64,000 bases of DNA from Lama guanicoe (Eukaryota). The translations under genes were made by a program, and so were the position numbers. This document shows, piece after piece, positions 11,725-23,642 of the stretch. How positions within the stretch are numbered: the first letter of the stretch is position 1; each line of letters opens with the position of its first letter. Under the pieces are notes generated by a model. That model saw only the letters and a program-made list of their open reading frames with translations, was not told the DNA's origin and searched no databases. The stretch is from assembly GCA_013239625.1 (NCBI GenBank), contig MU054001.1, positions 685,884 to 749,883 of the forward strand, read 5' to 3'.

Positions 11725-12564
11725 AACAAATCAGTACTCAGTTGGGTGTTTTAAGAAGAAAAAAAAGACAACCCATGAAACCACGTGGTGTATTCTTTCT
11801 GCCTTGAGATTTTTCTCGAATTTTACTTACTAAACGCAAGATCTTTATAAATAGAGCCCTAGAAAACATTCACTCTCACTTCCTCCTACAGGTAGAGAAA
11901 CTGAGGCCCTGAAACGAGACAGAGATGGTCAGGGTCATTCAGCTCTTTACTCTTTCTAGGACTAGAAAACGGAATTCTGACTATTAGGACCCTATGTAAA
12001 ATCTCCCTGTGTCTCCACATTTGCGTGCAGGAGAACTAGAAAAGCAACACACGGAAGAGCTATGCTTGCGTAAGCGTGCGTCTCCACTGCGCATGCTCAA
12101 TGTGCACATGCGCTTACCAGCCGGGTGCCATGTGTTGCTTGGCCGTGGAACGTCGTTCAGGTGGTGTCTCTGCTCGCTGTTTATTACCTCCATGGGTAAG
12201 CTTCCTGAGTACTACCTCACATTAGATTATTCTAGGCACCCGAGGACCTAGCCGAGGGCAGTGTGTGACAGGGTACCTCGGGAAATGTTTGATGGTGTTA
12301 ATAGAGTGAGAAGACCTATTTCTTAGGGTCTGAGCTTAGGAATCCTTTTACTTAGGTGACGTAAATGTTATCTTGTTTGAACAGCAGAGTGTTTAGTTGC
12401 TATCCAAGTGGCAATGGCAGGAGAAAGAAATGGACCTGAGGTGGTGTGTTGTAAAGAGTAAATCTTTGTGTTTGTATGTATGTGTATGCAGGTGTCTATG
12501 TCCAGGGCTGGTGACAAAAGACGAGGTTGCGGCAAAATCTTCATTTAAAGATGGAGATTTTCAA

Positions 12565-12657
12565 GGGGTGGGTATAGCTCGGTGGTAGAGCGCATGCTTG
12601 ACATGCACAAGGTTCTGGGTTCAATCCCCAATACCTCCATTAAAGAAAAATAATAAT
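12565..12657 (+). mobile_element. Short tRNA-derived SINE (camelid vic-1-type)
   Basis: Pol III A box TAGCTCGGTGG (12575-12585), B box GGTTCAATCCC (12618-12628), tRNA-Ala-like body, A-rich tail, upstream TTT/AAAG endonuclease-type site. Confidence 0.85.
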
Positions 12658-13164
12658 AAAGGCGGGGACCCCCTGTTTAGGGGGTGCAATGCAATAGATC
12701 ATGTGTTCTATGAACCCAACTTCAATATGTAGGTAAGGACATTCTATAGCCTGGTCCGCATCTGCACAAGGGCATCATTTCAGACCACCCACCTCTAAAA
12801 GACTTGCCAGGCTCTGTCCCAGAGACAGAAATTACCCAAGATACCAAATTCAGTCCCAGTGATTCCTCCTCATTATAGAAAGCACATATTCTTGGCATTC
12901 AAGGCTCTTCACAATCCAGCCTTAGTTCACCACTGGAAAGTTCTGAGCAATCCATTCCGGGCTGTGGTTCCTGCCCATTGTTGGTAACAGTAACTGTGTT
13001 GCTGCCTGCATCCTGCCTTTGGGACCCTGCCAATCCTTGAGGGTCTCTGCCCCAAACCCACCTCGTACACAGTCTTTCCTGACCGGCTTGGATGGAGGAA
13101 ACCTTTCTCTGCCTCTAGCATTTGGCTCGACACACATATGTAGCCTCCAATCACTTCCAGCAAT

Positions 13165-13570
13165 AAAAGTCACAATCTCTTCTCTGCATTTCCCAAATCC
13201 CCAAAGCTCTGGAAACTCAAAGGGTTTTGTTTTTGTTTTCATTTGTTTGTTTTACTTTTTAAAAAATCTTGTATGGTAGCAAAACCTGACCTGAACTGAC
13301 ATAAAGCTATTTATAGTTCTTATTTGATCTAAATATTCACATATTTCACTACATAAATATTCATGTATTTGGTTACAGAATGCAGTCCCAGATCCTGCTG
13401 TGATTTTTATGTACACCATATTTCTTCTCTAAAATGTTTATATGTGCACCGTATTTCTTTTCTGTAAATTTTATATGTGCATCATATTTCTTTTCTAAAA
13501 TCTGAAAAATTCTGAATTCTAAAACACACTTCTGCCTCAAATGATTCACCTAGAGGGTTTTGAGCCTGTG
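13165..13570 (+). mobile_element. MER46C-like Tigger DNA transposon
   Basis: 'gcaaaacctgacctgaactgacataaagctatttatag' and 'ctaaaatctgaaaaattctgaattctaaaacac'; internal 33-bp triplication. Confidence 0.8.
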
Positions 13571-13594
13571 ATGATGATGATGATGATAATGATG

Positions 13595-13635
<41 letters not shown>
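13569..13635. repeat. (GAT)n(AAT)n compound microsatellite
   Basis: Directly visible, at the tail of a reverse MIR. Confidence 0.95.
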
Positions 13636-13637
<2 letters not shown>

Positions 13638-13860
13638 AACTACTATAGTCCATTCTAAGTGCTTTATATATTGAATGATTCTAATCCTCATAAGGAACTG
13701 AGAAGATAAGTTTTAGTAATAACCCTATTTTTATAACATCCTTTGGGAAACTAAGGTTCAGAGATGTTATGTAACTTGCTCAGTGTCACACAGCTTACAG
13801 ATGCCGGAGCCAGGGTTTGAACCCCAGGCAGTCTGGCAGAGTCAAAGCTCTTACCTGCTA
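13636..13860 (-). mobile_element. MIR SINE
   Basis: 'ggaaactaaggttcagagatgttatgtaacttgctcagtgtcacacagct...gggtttgaaccccaggcagtctggcagag'. Confidence 0.85.
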
Positions 13861-14519
13861 CTTTGTGTTTCTTCTAAGTCTGAGTGCCCAGCCTTGGAGT
13901 TGTATACAGCACTCAGCCCAGACTTATCACCTGGCTTGTCCCTGAATGTTCTCTTGAGGACCCTGTCTCCTTCTGACTCTGAATTCTGAACTTGGAGCTT
14001 CAAGCCACCAGCATCAAGTGATTTAATTTTTATCTTCCTGGAAGGAGACTTTCCAGAGCCTCTTGCAAACTTCATTAGTCCTCAACTCCTCTCAAACCAC
14101 AGCCTCAGAGAGAGCAGCTTGCCTTTTGCAGCCCAGCCCCAGAACTGGCTGCTGTGTGAGTCCTGGAGCAGTATCCCCTCCTCAGGCACTTCCTCTCACT
14201 CCTGGATCCTCACCCCTGCCTCTCCCATGTCTTGGAATCCTTCTAAAATCAGAGACCATGTAAGTCTGTGTCCTGAGAATTATCCCACAACCTTGCGTAT
14301 AGCAGGGCCTTAGTGATAATGGTAGCAGGGATATATAACTAAACGAGTAAGCCTAGATTTAGGCTTCTTTGCTTGTGTAGACATGGCCTTGGTTTTGAAG
14401 TTACTCTCACACTCGACTCTCCCCACCACTGCAATCTATAGCAGACACAGTGCCAGGATTTGAAACTCCAAAATCGGATCCACAGTCCCTTCTCTTAACT
14501 GTGGTGACAAGCTCTGCTT

Positions 14520-14670
14520 GTTAAGTGCTTCTTCAGCATCAGTGGCTGTGATAAGCCACTTAAATGCCTCGTCGTGTCTGTTGGCCCTCACAACAGCCCT
14601 GTGAGAAGGTACCATCACTGTATCCTTTTACTATATGAAGAAACTGAGGTAGAGAAAAAGGAACTTCTCC
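14520..14670 (-). mobile_element. MIR fragment
   Basis: 'ccctcacaacagccctgtgagaaggtacc...tatgaagaaactgagg'. Confidence 0.7.
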
Positions 14671-14687
14671 AAGGCCTCCTACATCCT

Positions 14688-15385
14688 GCACCAGTCAGCT
14701 GTTGTCACGGTAACTTTGTAACAAACCACTCTCAAACTCAGCGGCTTAAGATAATCATCATCTATTATTCTTACTTACATATCTGTTAGCTTTCTTTTTT
14801 TTTTTTCAATGTGGCAATCTTTCTTTTTTTAATTGAAATATAGTCAGTTACAATTTCTGGTGTACAGCATAATGCCCCTGTCATGCATACATACATACAT
14901 ATGTTCGTTTTCATAAAAGGGTTATTACAATATATTGAATATGGTTCCCCATGCTGTACAGAAGAAATCTGGGGTTTTTTTAATCTATTTTTATATATAG
15001 TGGTTAACATTTGCAAATCTCAAATTTATCCCTTCCCAGCCCCTTTCCCCAGTAACCATAATGTTAGCTTTCTGCATCTCATCTGGGCTCCTACAGGCTT
15101 AATTCCATGCTGCCGTTGGGTTCAGGTCTGCTCTGTATGCCTTTCATCCTCAGTGGACCAGGGGCTAGCCTGGGCATGTTTTTCTTGTGGTGACGGCAGA
15201 GACGCAAGAGGGCAAACAAGTCCTCTGAAACACACTGTAAACTTCTAACTGTGTCAAAACTGCTAGCATCTCATTGGCCAGTGCAAGTCACGGGGCCAAG
15301 CCCGACATCAAGGAGGAGGGAGGTGTGCTCCTTCCAACGACGCAGGGAAATAGGTTCCCTCAAACAGTAATCTCATCTGCCATAC
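14688..15385 (-). mobile_element. MaLR LTR (MLT1H/I-like) split by a young L1 end
   Basis: 'gtaacaaaccactctcaaactcagcggcttaa' and 'cattggccagtgcaagtcacggggccaagcccgacatcaagg'. Confidence 0.8.
14796..15061 (-). mobile_element. Young L1 3' end with perfect 12-bp TSD and double poly(A)
   Basis: TSD tgttagctttct at 14784-14795 and 15062-15073; 'ttctggtgtacagcataatg...attgaatatggttccccatgctgtacag'. Confidence 0.92.
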
Positions 15386-16468
15386 CCGCTAAAAAGTAGA
15401 GCCAGAAGTCACCTAGGGCTTCCAAGGGTAAAGCCACTTTTTCTCAAGCACTCTCTTGAGTAGTAACAAGTACCCATGGCAGAGCTTTTGAACATAGAGG
15501 AAACAATGCCTGTATAGTCTGCCGGGATTTTTGCTTTTGAGTCGGAAGACAAGGCTGCTCCTCAGGCGTGCGACATGGCGCGAGAGCCTGAGCGCTGGAG
15601 AGGCCAGGTGCGCGTGAGCCTTGCAGACATCCTCCCCTCCGGAGACACACGTGACCCTGCGACTGTGCTTCCCCCTGGGCCTCAGACCTATCATTAGAGG
15701 ATTAACTTTCTCATCACTCTCCTTACACACGTCTCCATGCAGCCTTGGAATGCATCATCAAAGTCCAAAGTAAGGGCATTTGAATTCTTCGCTTGGCAGA
15801 CCTGTTTTCTTATGTTTAAAGAGATTGCTAGAAATTCCTGAATGTTGGAGCTGTCCCCCCCCCCCACTGGGAGAGAGGAAGGACTAGAAAAAACTCCCCA
15901 TGGATTAATTTATTTGTATTTTATTCTAGCTCCTGACATTTGAAAAAGGCTTGGAGAGCTTCCTGATGTTTGCTCTTTTTTATTTGCTTTGTAGGATGCT
16001 AGATTAAAGCATAGAATCCTGGAAAATAAACTTGCTATTTTCCTTTTCAGAGGTACAAGGTCTGAAACTATTTTCTCAAGTGCCAGGGCAGCCGGCCCTC
16101 AGCTCCACCCTCACCCTAGTAGACATGGCCAGTAGACCCCAGCACTGTTGCCCACTAAGCCCAGACATGGCCTCAAACCCTCCCCACACGGCCCTCCAGG
16201 CAGCCAGTACTACATGATCAGAGTCAGCGCCTAGTTCCCATCCTTGCTCTAAAACCTTTCCATTTTTAACATGCCAGTAAAATAACTTTATCAAACTCTT
16301 TACAGAGTCCAGTAAAGATACTGCCTCCTTCTGCTCTAGTCTCCTCCTGCTGCTTCTCAACATAAAATTTCTTACTCTCCAAACTCCTTGTCTTGCAATC
16401 AAGCTCCTCCACCATCTGACACTTTCACTCCCTAGAACAAATGCCCTTCGAATCCATTTACCACCCCT

Positions 16469-17059
16469 TATGGTAGGAAGTATTTTAACTCAGCTGCCAG
16501 GATTCCTACCCCTCCACCCCCACCCCCAAATTATGTGCCCTGTATGATCCCCTCCCCTTGAGTATGGGAGAAACTTGTAAATATGACTAGATTACCAATC
16601 AGTTGTCTTGGAGCTGATCAAAAGAGTTATCTGGGTGGGCCTGGCCTAAATGATGAGCCTTTAAAAAGAGGGATCCATCCCTCCAAAAGTCAGAGAGATG
16701 ACCTGCTGACCTTGAAGAAGCAAGTTGCCGTGTTGTGAGAGGTCTACAGAGGGGGCCATGAGGAAGGAAACTGAAGGCGACCTCTAGAAGTTGGGAGGAG
16801 TCAGTGGCCAATAGCTAACAAGGATACGGGAACCTCAGTCATACAACAGCAAGGAACTGAGCCCTGCCAACACCCACAGGAGCTTGGAAGAGGAGTTCCC
16901 GAGAGGAACACCTTGGTTTCAGCCCTGGGAGACCCTGAGTGGAGAATCCAGTGAGGCTGAACCCAGACTTCTGACACCTGGAATCTGGGAGATGATAAAT
17001 AATTGCTATTTTAAGCTGCTATGTTTGTTTGTTTTACACAGCAATAGAAAATGAGCACA
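16469..17059 (+). mobile_element. MaLR solo LTR (MLT1E/F-like), near full length
   Basis: 'ttatctgggtgggcctggcctaa', 'cagcaaggaactgagccctgccaacacc', end 'ttacacagcaatagaaaatgagcaca'; near-TSD cccct/tccct. Confidence 0.85.
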
Positions 17060-18149
17060 TCCCTATTCTTAAGCCACATCCAAATCCTTGTTACATACCC
17101 AGGGTTTTTTTTCCTACCTCTGGGAAAAGTTCTGATCAGAGCCTTTCTCAGACTGGGAGCCCTTTCTCATCTCTCTGAGACCCAAATGTCACCTCTTCCC
17201 TGTAGCCTTTTCTTGGTAGACTCAGACACATGTTACCTGGTCTTTTTTTTAATGCCGTAATTGTTTCTCTTTGGGTTTTGGATTATAAAATCCACCTGCA
17301 GGCTTCTTTGGGAGGAGTCCACATCTGCCTCATCCATTGTAACTCACTGTCCCCAGCAAACAAAAAGTGGTTAATAAATGCTTATGACACAAATGGGTAT
17401 TTCTAGTGTTTTTGTGAATTACAGTATGTACTTGACTAACTTGTGTGTAGTTAACATATTTTCTAACCTTGATGCATAATATTTTGGTGATATTAAAAAA
17501 GCTTACATGACCAAGAACCAAATGAAGACCTCCCCACTCTGCATGTGCAAGTGTAGTAACTCTTACACTTTCCTGTCTTCTTCTGTTTAATTCCAGTCAG
17601 TGCCCATCTGTTGTGTGCCAGGTCTTGTGCTCAGTCCATGCCCTCGATGAACTTGGAGTCTAACTGGGGTGGGTCACCAACCTTCCTGGTGAGCCAGTCT
17701 CATGGTTATATATGTTATGGTATATATATGGTTACATAAGAGGATGAAGCAAGCAAACTTGGAATAAAAGCAATAGTCAAAGAATAATTGGAGATAAATC
17801 TCTGCCCTGAAAAAGCTCTGAGTTTGTAGATCTGAACAGCTTATAGCATTTCAGGTAAAAACCATAGAGAAGGACTCAAATTAGCCCCCATACTGATCTC
17901 AAAAAATTACATGCATCCATACAAAAAAATTGTATTATTCAAAATAGAATGAAAATCAGCCATTAAGTTCTTTGGGGCAAACCTAAATGTCAGAAGGCAA
18001 TGGAAAATGTGTCTAGAATTTTCAGGGGCAAGTTCTAAAACAATATTGGATATATATAGCCAGGTTTTTTTTGTCATATATGAAAGTTTCAGGAAGATAG
18101 TCCCCAATATGTCAGAGCTCTGAAAAAAATAATCAAGGAAAAGAAATAA

Positions 18150-19590
18150 ACTTAAGAAATATTTATCAAACCACTTTTATGGGCCAGACACAATTCAAGG
18201 CACTGAGTGTGCAACAGCGATGGAGACAGGTGAAGGTCCTGCCATCACAAGACTTATATTTTAATAATAGAAATAAGCAAATAAACAGACGTATGGTATG
18301 ATATCAGGTGGACAGTGCTGTAAAGAGAAAGGAAATGGAGCAAGGTGATAAAGGATGAGGAGGGTTGCTGTTGTAGATGGGGTGGCCCCAGAGGACGTCC
18401 CTGAGAAGGAAAAACTAGAGAAGAAATGAAAGTGAAAACCAAGGCCATGGGAGCAGCACATAAAAGTCCGCAAGGGGGAAGCTTGCTCGCCAGGCTTGAG
18501 GGGGAGTTGACAAGGCCAACACAGTTTATCGGAGTTGAAGAGAAAGAGATGTAGGAGATGAATTTGAAGAGAGTCATGGAGCAGATCATGGGGGCCTTGA
18601 CACTTGAATTGACAACATTTGGATTTCATTCTAGGCACAATGGAAGCCACTGTATGGAGTTTGTCTTAGTGGGTGAGGGGAATCTGACTTCTGTATTGAA
18701 AAGCTCAAGCAGGTGTTGATGTGGAGAACAGAGAAGGAGAGGGGAGGTTCCAGTGGAAGTGGGAGGCTGAGGGAAGCTATTGAAATCATTTAGGGGACCA
18801 ATGATGGTGACTTTGGTTAGGGTGTCAGCTGTGGAGCCATTACCAAAGACCGTACTTGGGATATGTTTTAAGGCATTTACTGATGCATTGGATGTCAGAT
18901 ATGTGAGAAACAGGAGTCAGTGATGACACCAAAGTGTTTGACTTGAAAAATAGGTACATGGAGGTGCCATTTTCTGAGATGAGGACACTGGGAAGGGAGC
19001 ACAGAAGGAAAAAAATGAAGAGTTTCAGTTTGGGACATGTTAAATTTTAGATGGCTATTAGATACGTGTACTAATTAGAGTGATACTATGTACTGCACCA
19101 TAAATCCCCATATTTCCATGGCTTAAAACATGTTTGTTTCTCATTCCTGTAATAGATTAATGCAGGAATTCTCATTGGATGAGGGATCTTCCACATAGTG
19201 ACTCAAGCACCCCAGCTCTTTCTGTCTTGTGGCTCGACCATCCTCTAGGGCTGCATTCCATTGACAGGTGGCAGACAGGCAGTGGGGAAGGAACACTGGG
19301 AAATAACTAGTAACATGGGCCCACCTTGATGCAAAGGGTGAGTGGAGAATGGGAAAGATAGTCCTTGGCCAGGTAGCTGCTTCTTAGAGACAATTACACT
19401 ATAGAACAAGGCACGCAATGTTGAGTGGTTAGTCATCTCAGCCCCAACATCCAAGTGAAAATGTTGGTTGCCTTGTAGAATGCAAGTATCACCGTCAGGG
19501 GCAAGATTGAAGTTGGAGGTGTAAACTTGGGAGTCATGAGTGTGTAGATGCTGCATAAAGCGATGGAGGCTGGATGAAAATCTTTAGTGT
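18150..19590 (-). mobile_element. L2 LINE 3' region interrupted by MLT1
   Basis: 'ggaggtgccattttctgagatgagg...gagtttcagtttgggacatgttaaattttagatg', resuming 'catccaagtg...ttgggagtcatgag'. Confidence 0.85.
19067..19449 (-). mobile_element. MaLR LTR (MLT1J-like) nested in L2
   Basis: 'catggcttaaaacatgtttgtttctcattc', 'cttccacatagtgactcaagcacccagctc', 'gggaaagatagtc'. Confidence 0.65.
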
Positions 19591-19765
19591 AGGGGTCTAC
19601 AAACCACAGGTCATGGGCTGGCCATCTTTTCCCATCAAGATTGCATTGGAACACAACCATGCTCATTCCTTCATGTATTGTCAGTGGCTGCTTTTGTACT
19701 ACAGGACCACCACTCCCCTGAAGAAAGAGCTGCTCGCTGTTGTGTGTCCTAGAAAGTTTAGCAAT
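19590..19765. mobile_element. MER58-like hAT-Charlie element
   Basis: 'ttggaacacaaccatgctcattccttcatgtattgtcagtggctgcttttgtactaca'. Confidence 0.75.
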
Positions 19766-19849
19766 GGTGATCTCTCTACTCATACACATACACGTGCATA
19801 AACATACACCGTGATGGAAAATATTTGTATGTACATTTATCTGGGATGT

Positions 19850-20285
19850 ATAAGCATACCTTGTTAAGGTGCAGAATGGGATCATACCATGCATGTTATT
19901 TTATAACTTACCTTTTTATGCACTGAATGTATCTTGAACATCTTTGTATACCTGTGCACATAGGTCTCTTCTCTCTCTGTGTCTTCAGTAGCTGCCTAGT
20001 ATCTTGTACAGATTTATCAGGAAGCAGTCCTCTATTAATTGGCAATAATTGGACTGTTATCCTATTAATCATTATTATTTTTACTCTTCCAATGCTGTAA
20101 TGAACATCCTTATACATTATTTCTGAGTATTAACACAAGTGCGTCTACAAGATGAAAATCTTAGAAGGTACGTGGCGAGGTCAAAAGGATAGAGACACTT
20201 CTATTTTGATAGTTTTTGGCTAATCGCCATATGGAAAAGTTGGGCCATTATGCATTCCCACCAACAGTGTATGAGGATGTTTATT
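19850..20285 (-). mobile_element. Old L1ME-like 3' fragment
   Basis: 'aatgctgtaatgaacatcct', 'cattcccaccaacagtgtatgagg'; ORF 19908..20117(-) begins 'MYKDVHYSI'. Confidence 0.7.
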
Positions 20286-20427
20286 AGTTTTAGAACCATT
20301 TAAAAATTAAGAAGGATTTGAATAGTCTGATACAGGAATACATTTAAGAAGGAGTAGTCACCACATTATGTATATGACTCTGACTTTAATTTTTTTTTGC
20401 TGTTAAATATGCTTGGTGGTTGTCTTA

Positions 20428-20764
20428 CTTTTTAAAAATTGCCATATAGTCAGTTTGCAATGCATTAATTTCTGGTGTACAGCATAATGACTCAGTTACA
20501 TATATCTATTCCTTTTCATATTCCTTTTCTTTATAGGCTACTATAAGATATTGAATGTAGTTCCCTGTGCTACACAGCAGGACCTTGCTGTTTATCTATT
20601 TTATATACAGTAGTTAGTATCTGCAGATCTCGAACTCCCAATTTATCCCTTCACCCTCTCCTTCCCCCACTGGTAACCATAGGTTTATTTTCTATGTTTG
20701 TGAGTCTGTTTCTGTTTTGTAAATAAGTTCATTTGTCTCATTTTTTAAAATTCCACATATAAGT
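20428..20764 (-). mobile_element. Cetartiodactyl-type L1 3' UTR
   Basis: 'ttctggtgtacagcataatgactcag...gatattgaatgtagttccctgtgctacacagcaggacc...ttccacatataagt'; similar to 1-200 and 14830-15061. Confidence 0.9.
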
Positions 20765-20899
20765 AATTTCTTTAGAATATAATCCATAGCATAATCTTTA
20801 AAATGTTATGTTTATCTAATGTGAATCTCATTTAACTCAGAAAGGCATTTTATAATGCACATTTTAAAATACAAATTAGGCTTTGAGCACTACTGCATG

Positions 20900-21760
20900 G
20901 CTCATAGGAAATCATATCAATATAATAGCTTACTTTGCCTTTCAACCTGACATCCACAAAAAGGTATATTAAGTATATCTATCATGTGATAAATGAAATG
21001 TTTTCTATTAAAAAATGTCTAGCACACTTGATTCTATTGCAATGCAAATTTTGTATTCTGGTTCTTAGCACATTTTTTCTTGCAGCTAGATCTTTATTAA
21101 AGTCAGTCAAAGGCTGTGCTTTTCATGTTATGAATAGGCGTCATAATTATCTAATGCAGCTACTCCAAAAATCAGATTAGTAATTAGCTGGACCAACTGA
21201 TTGGTCTGACTTCCTGGATGCAGCTCTTTAATGTTGAACATTTACTTTGTGCTTGAAGGATTTGTTTGTGTGTTTCCTATGTGTGATGAGAGCTTTTCGA
21301 TAATTAGCTCCTAAGGGATGTCGTATTCCAATAGTTAAAGAATAATTACAGCCTTATGAAAAGTGAAATGACTTCGGCTTCCTTTTGTTGTGGTTTAATT
21401 GTATGCAACAAGTCCAGGAGGCCTCTCATTTCAAATGGTGATAGTGAAGATGTAGCTTTCATTAAAAAAAAAATGATGTGAATTTGGTAAAATGGCAAAT
21501 TGGTATAATTTTGAAAACAAACAAGCAAACCACCCTATTAAAACAGGCTTTGTGTTATTTCATTAGTTCATAATTTTGATTACAAATTAAACTGTGGCAG
21601 AGTGAAGTGTTGTAAGGTTATAACAGCAAGGAGATGGAACTTGAAAAAGTTCACATCAAAAGGCGTCAGCTGGGGGATGCCATTGTAATGGACTGTTAAT
21701 TAGTGCCAGCCTCCAAAATGAAGAGTAGAATGACAGGCCCGTTCTCACAGATCATATAGT
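20900..21760. promoter_or_regulatory. Long candidate highly conserved non-coding element
   Basis: About 850 bp repeat-free; octamer ATGCAAAT (21042-21049), repeated TAATTA/TAATTAG, inverted repeat GACCAA-ctga-TTGGTC (21191-21206). Confidence 0.6.
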
Positions 21761-21940
21761 TTGGGGTTGAAGTGAGGATAAAACACACTAAAAAGAATAT
21801 ATTTTCTTGAGCATATGTCTTGTTATTTTTGAAAAATTGACTTTTTAGGGAAAAAAGTTTTAAATCCAACTGTGCCAAGATATTTTGCATTCTAACCAAG
21901 TGTGAGGGGATAAAGAATACTAGTTTATACAATAAAGTAA

Positions 21941-22383
21941 TGTGTTAGTTTTTGCTTCCATAATGCTGTGTAACAAACCACCCCTGAAAATCAGTGTCTT
22001 AAAATGACAAGCATTTATTTGTCACCCAGGGGTCCATGAGTTGGTTGCAACTTGATTGGAATGATTGGACCAGGCTAGACTCAGGCTCATGATTCCAGGA
22101 TCCAAGATGTAGGTCAGACTCAGGTGTCCTCCACATATCCTCTTTGGACCAGTGGCTACCCACAATGTGTTGTTCTTACAGAGAAGAGCAGAAGCACAAG
22201 AGCCAAACCAAGATGCACAAGGACACGTGAGGTTTCTGCTAGTGTCACGTCCTCTATACTTCTGTTTGCCAGAGTAAGTCACATGGCCCAGCCCCAGATC
22301 CATGGGATGGGGAAGCATGCTCTGCCCAGAATGCAAGAAGGAGGAGAGAAGATGAGTGCTAAATAACCATTCAGCTTATCACA
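21941..22383 (-). mobile_element. MaLR solo LTR (MLT1I-like)
   Basis: Starts 'tgtgttagtttttgcttccataatgctgtgtaacaaaccacc'; contains 'gtaagtcacatggcccagccccagatccatggg'; ends 'atcaca'. Confidence 0.85.
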
Positions 22384-23170
22384 GAAACATGTGTTGATCA
22401 CCATGGTTGAGATTATTTCTCCCATCAATAGGAATTAAGATCTTCCAACATTTTAATGGATGCCCATCTTTGATTGCATCAGGCCACACCTAAATTGGGA
22501 AATGTTAAAGAAAAAAAATATAATGAGTCCATTTTACTTGCAGCATTGGATGTGACAGGATATAATAATAATTTTTAAAAAGCCATATGTAGTAAGGTTC
22601 AGACCAATGGAAAGAATGAAGCCAACAGGTTAAAGGAGTATTTTCTACCTGTCCATCTTGAAAATCTTCTATGCCAAATGGGATTAAGGGGAAAGTAGAC
22701 TGGTTTTGAAAATACTGGAACTTTACCTAAACTTTCATTATTTCCACACAAACTTGCCTTGTTTCAATGCTTCCTATGAGATTGCTTATCCCTGCACCAG
22801 TGAAATAATCCATATAGTTGCGGCAGCCTTGTTGAAACCATGTGTCTTAGAAGTGGTTGAGCTAGGGTACAGTTTGGAAGGAAGAATAAAATTGTAGAAC
22901 TGCCTTGGTCAAGTGATATCCATTGCAGAATCCCTTGAACTGTTTCCCACTATTTTGAAGCAGATCCTGGAGGAATTCCCAGCCACTCTGTGCCCCTTCA
23001 TCAAACAACTGGAAGAGATTAGAGATGTCCTCTGTACAGCCTTATTTTTGTCTATCATATACAGGATGATGTCAGCAAAGAAAACTCTGTGCTGATGACC
23101 CAGTTTTTAGGAATTACAGCAGCCTCCTGGAGATGGTGAAAACGTTGCCTTGAAGAAAACAGTATCTGTG

Positions 23171-23642
23171 TGTAGCAGACCCTGTCCATGTTCTGTCTGT
23201 ATCGCCTCAGCACTCACCACCCCCTGAATTCTGATGACTTCTTGCTGTAAACACCTGCCGCTCTCTGCCTAAGAATATTTTCTGGTTGCTGGAGTAAGCT
23301 TGGCCCATGCACCAAGCAGGCTCAAAATGCTGGAAAAATTAGTATCTCCAACGGAGCAGCCCCCAACCAGTGATGAGCAGGCGTCGATGTTTAAGCATCC
23401 CTTGCTTGGGACGATTCTGAAGTGCATTCTCCACTCTCGGCCAGAATTTGCCAGTAGTACTGCACCCAAGTGGCCCACAGCAGTAACCAGCTTGATAATA
23501 CACCTGTTAATGTCTTCTTTCCATTCTCTGACTCACTTCCCCACTCTCCCACAGGTACTTCCCGGGATCGCCTCCAAAATAAGCTACTTGCGTTCATATC
23601 CCAATGTCAGGGACTGTTTGGGGGGAAATCTGACCTGAGATG
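23171..23642 (+). mobile_element. ERVL solo LTR (LTR16C-like)
   Basis: Starts 'tgtagcagaccctgtc'; ends 'gggatcgcctccaaaataagctacttgc...gggactgtttggggggaaatctgacctgaga'. Confidence 0.8.

Noticed and set aside
12565..12640. tRNA gene (GAC in the anticodon position)
   Set aside because: Anticodon and acceptor stems are mispaired, there is no oligo-T terminator, and it has an A-rich tail with an endonuclease-type target site. It is a SINE.
22913..23095. 60-aa ORF with protein-like helical composition
   Set aside because: Non-ATG start, no recognisable homology, no convincing splice sites; could be chance or an ancient repeat.
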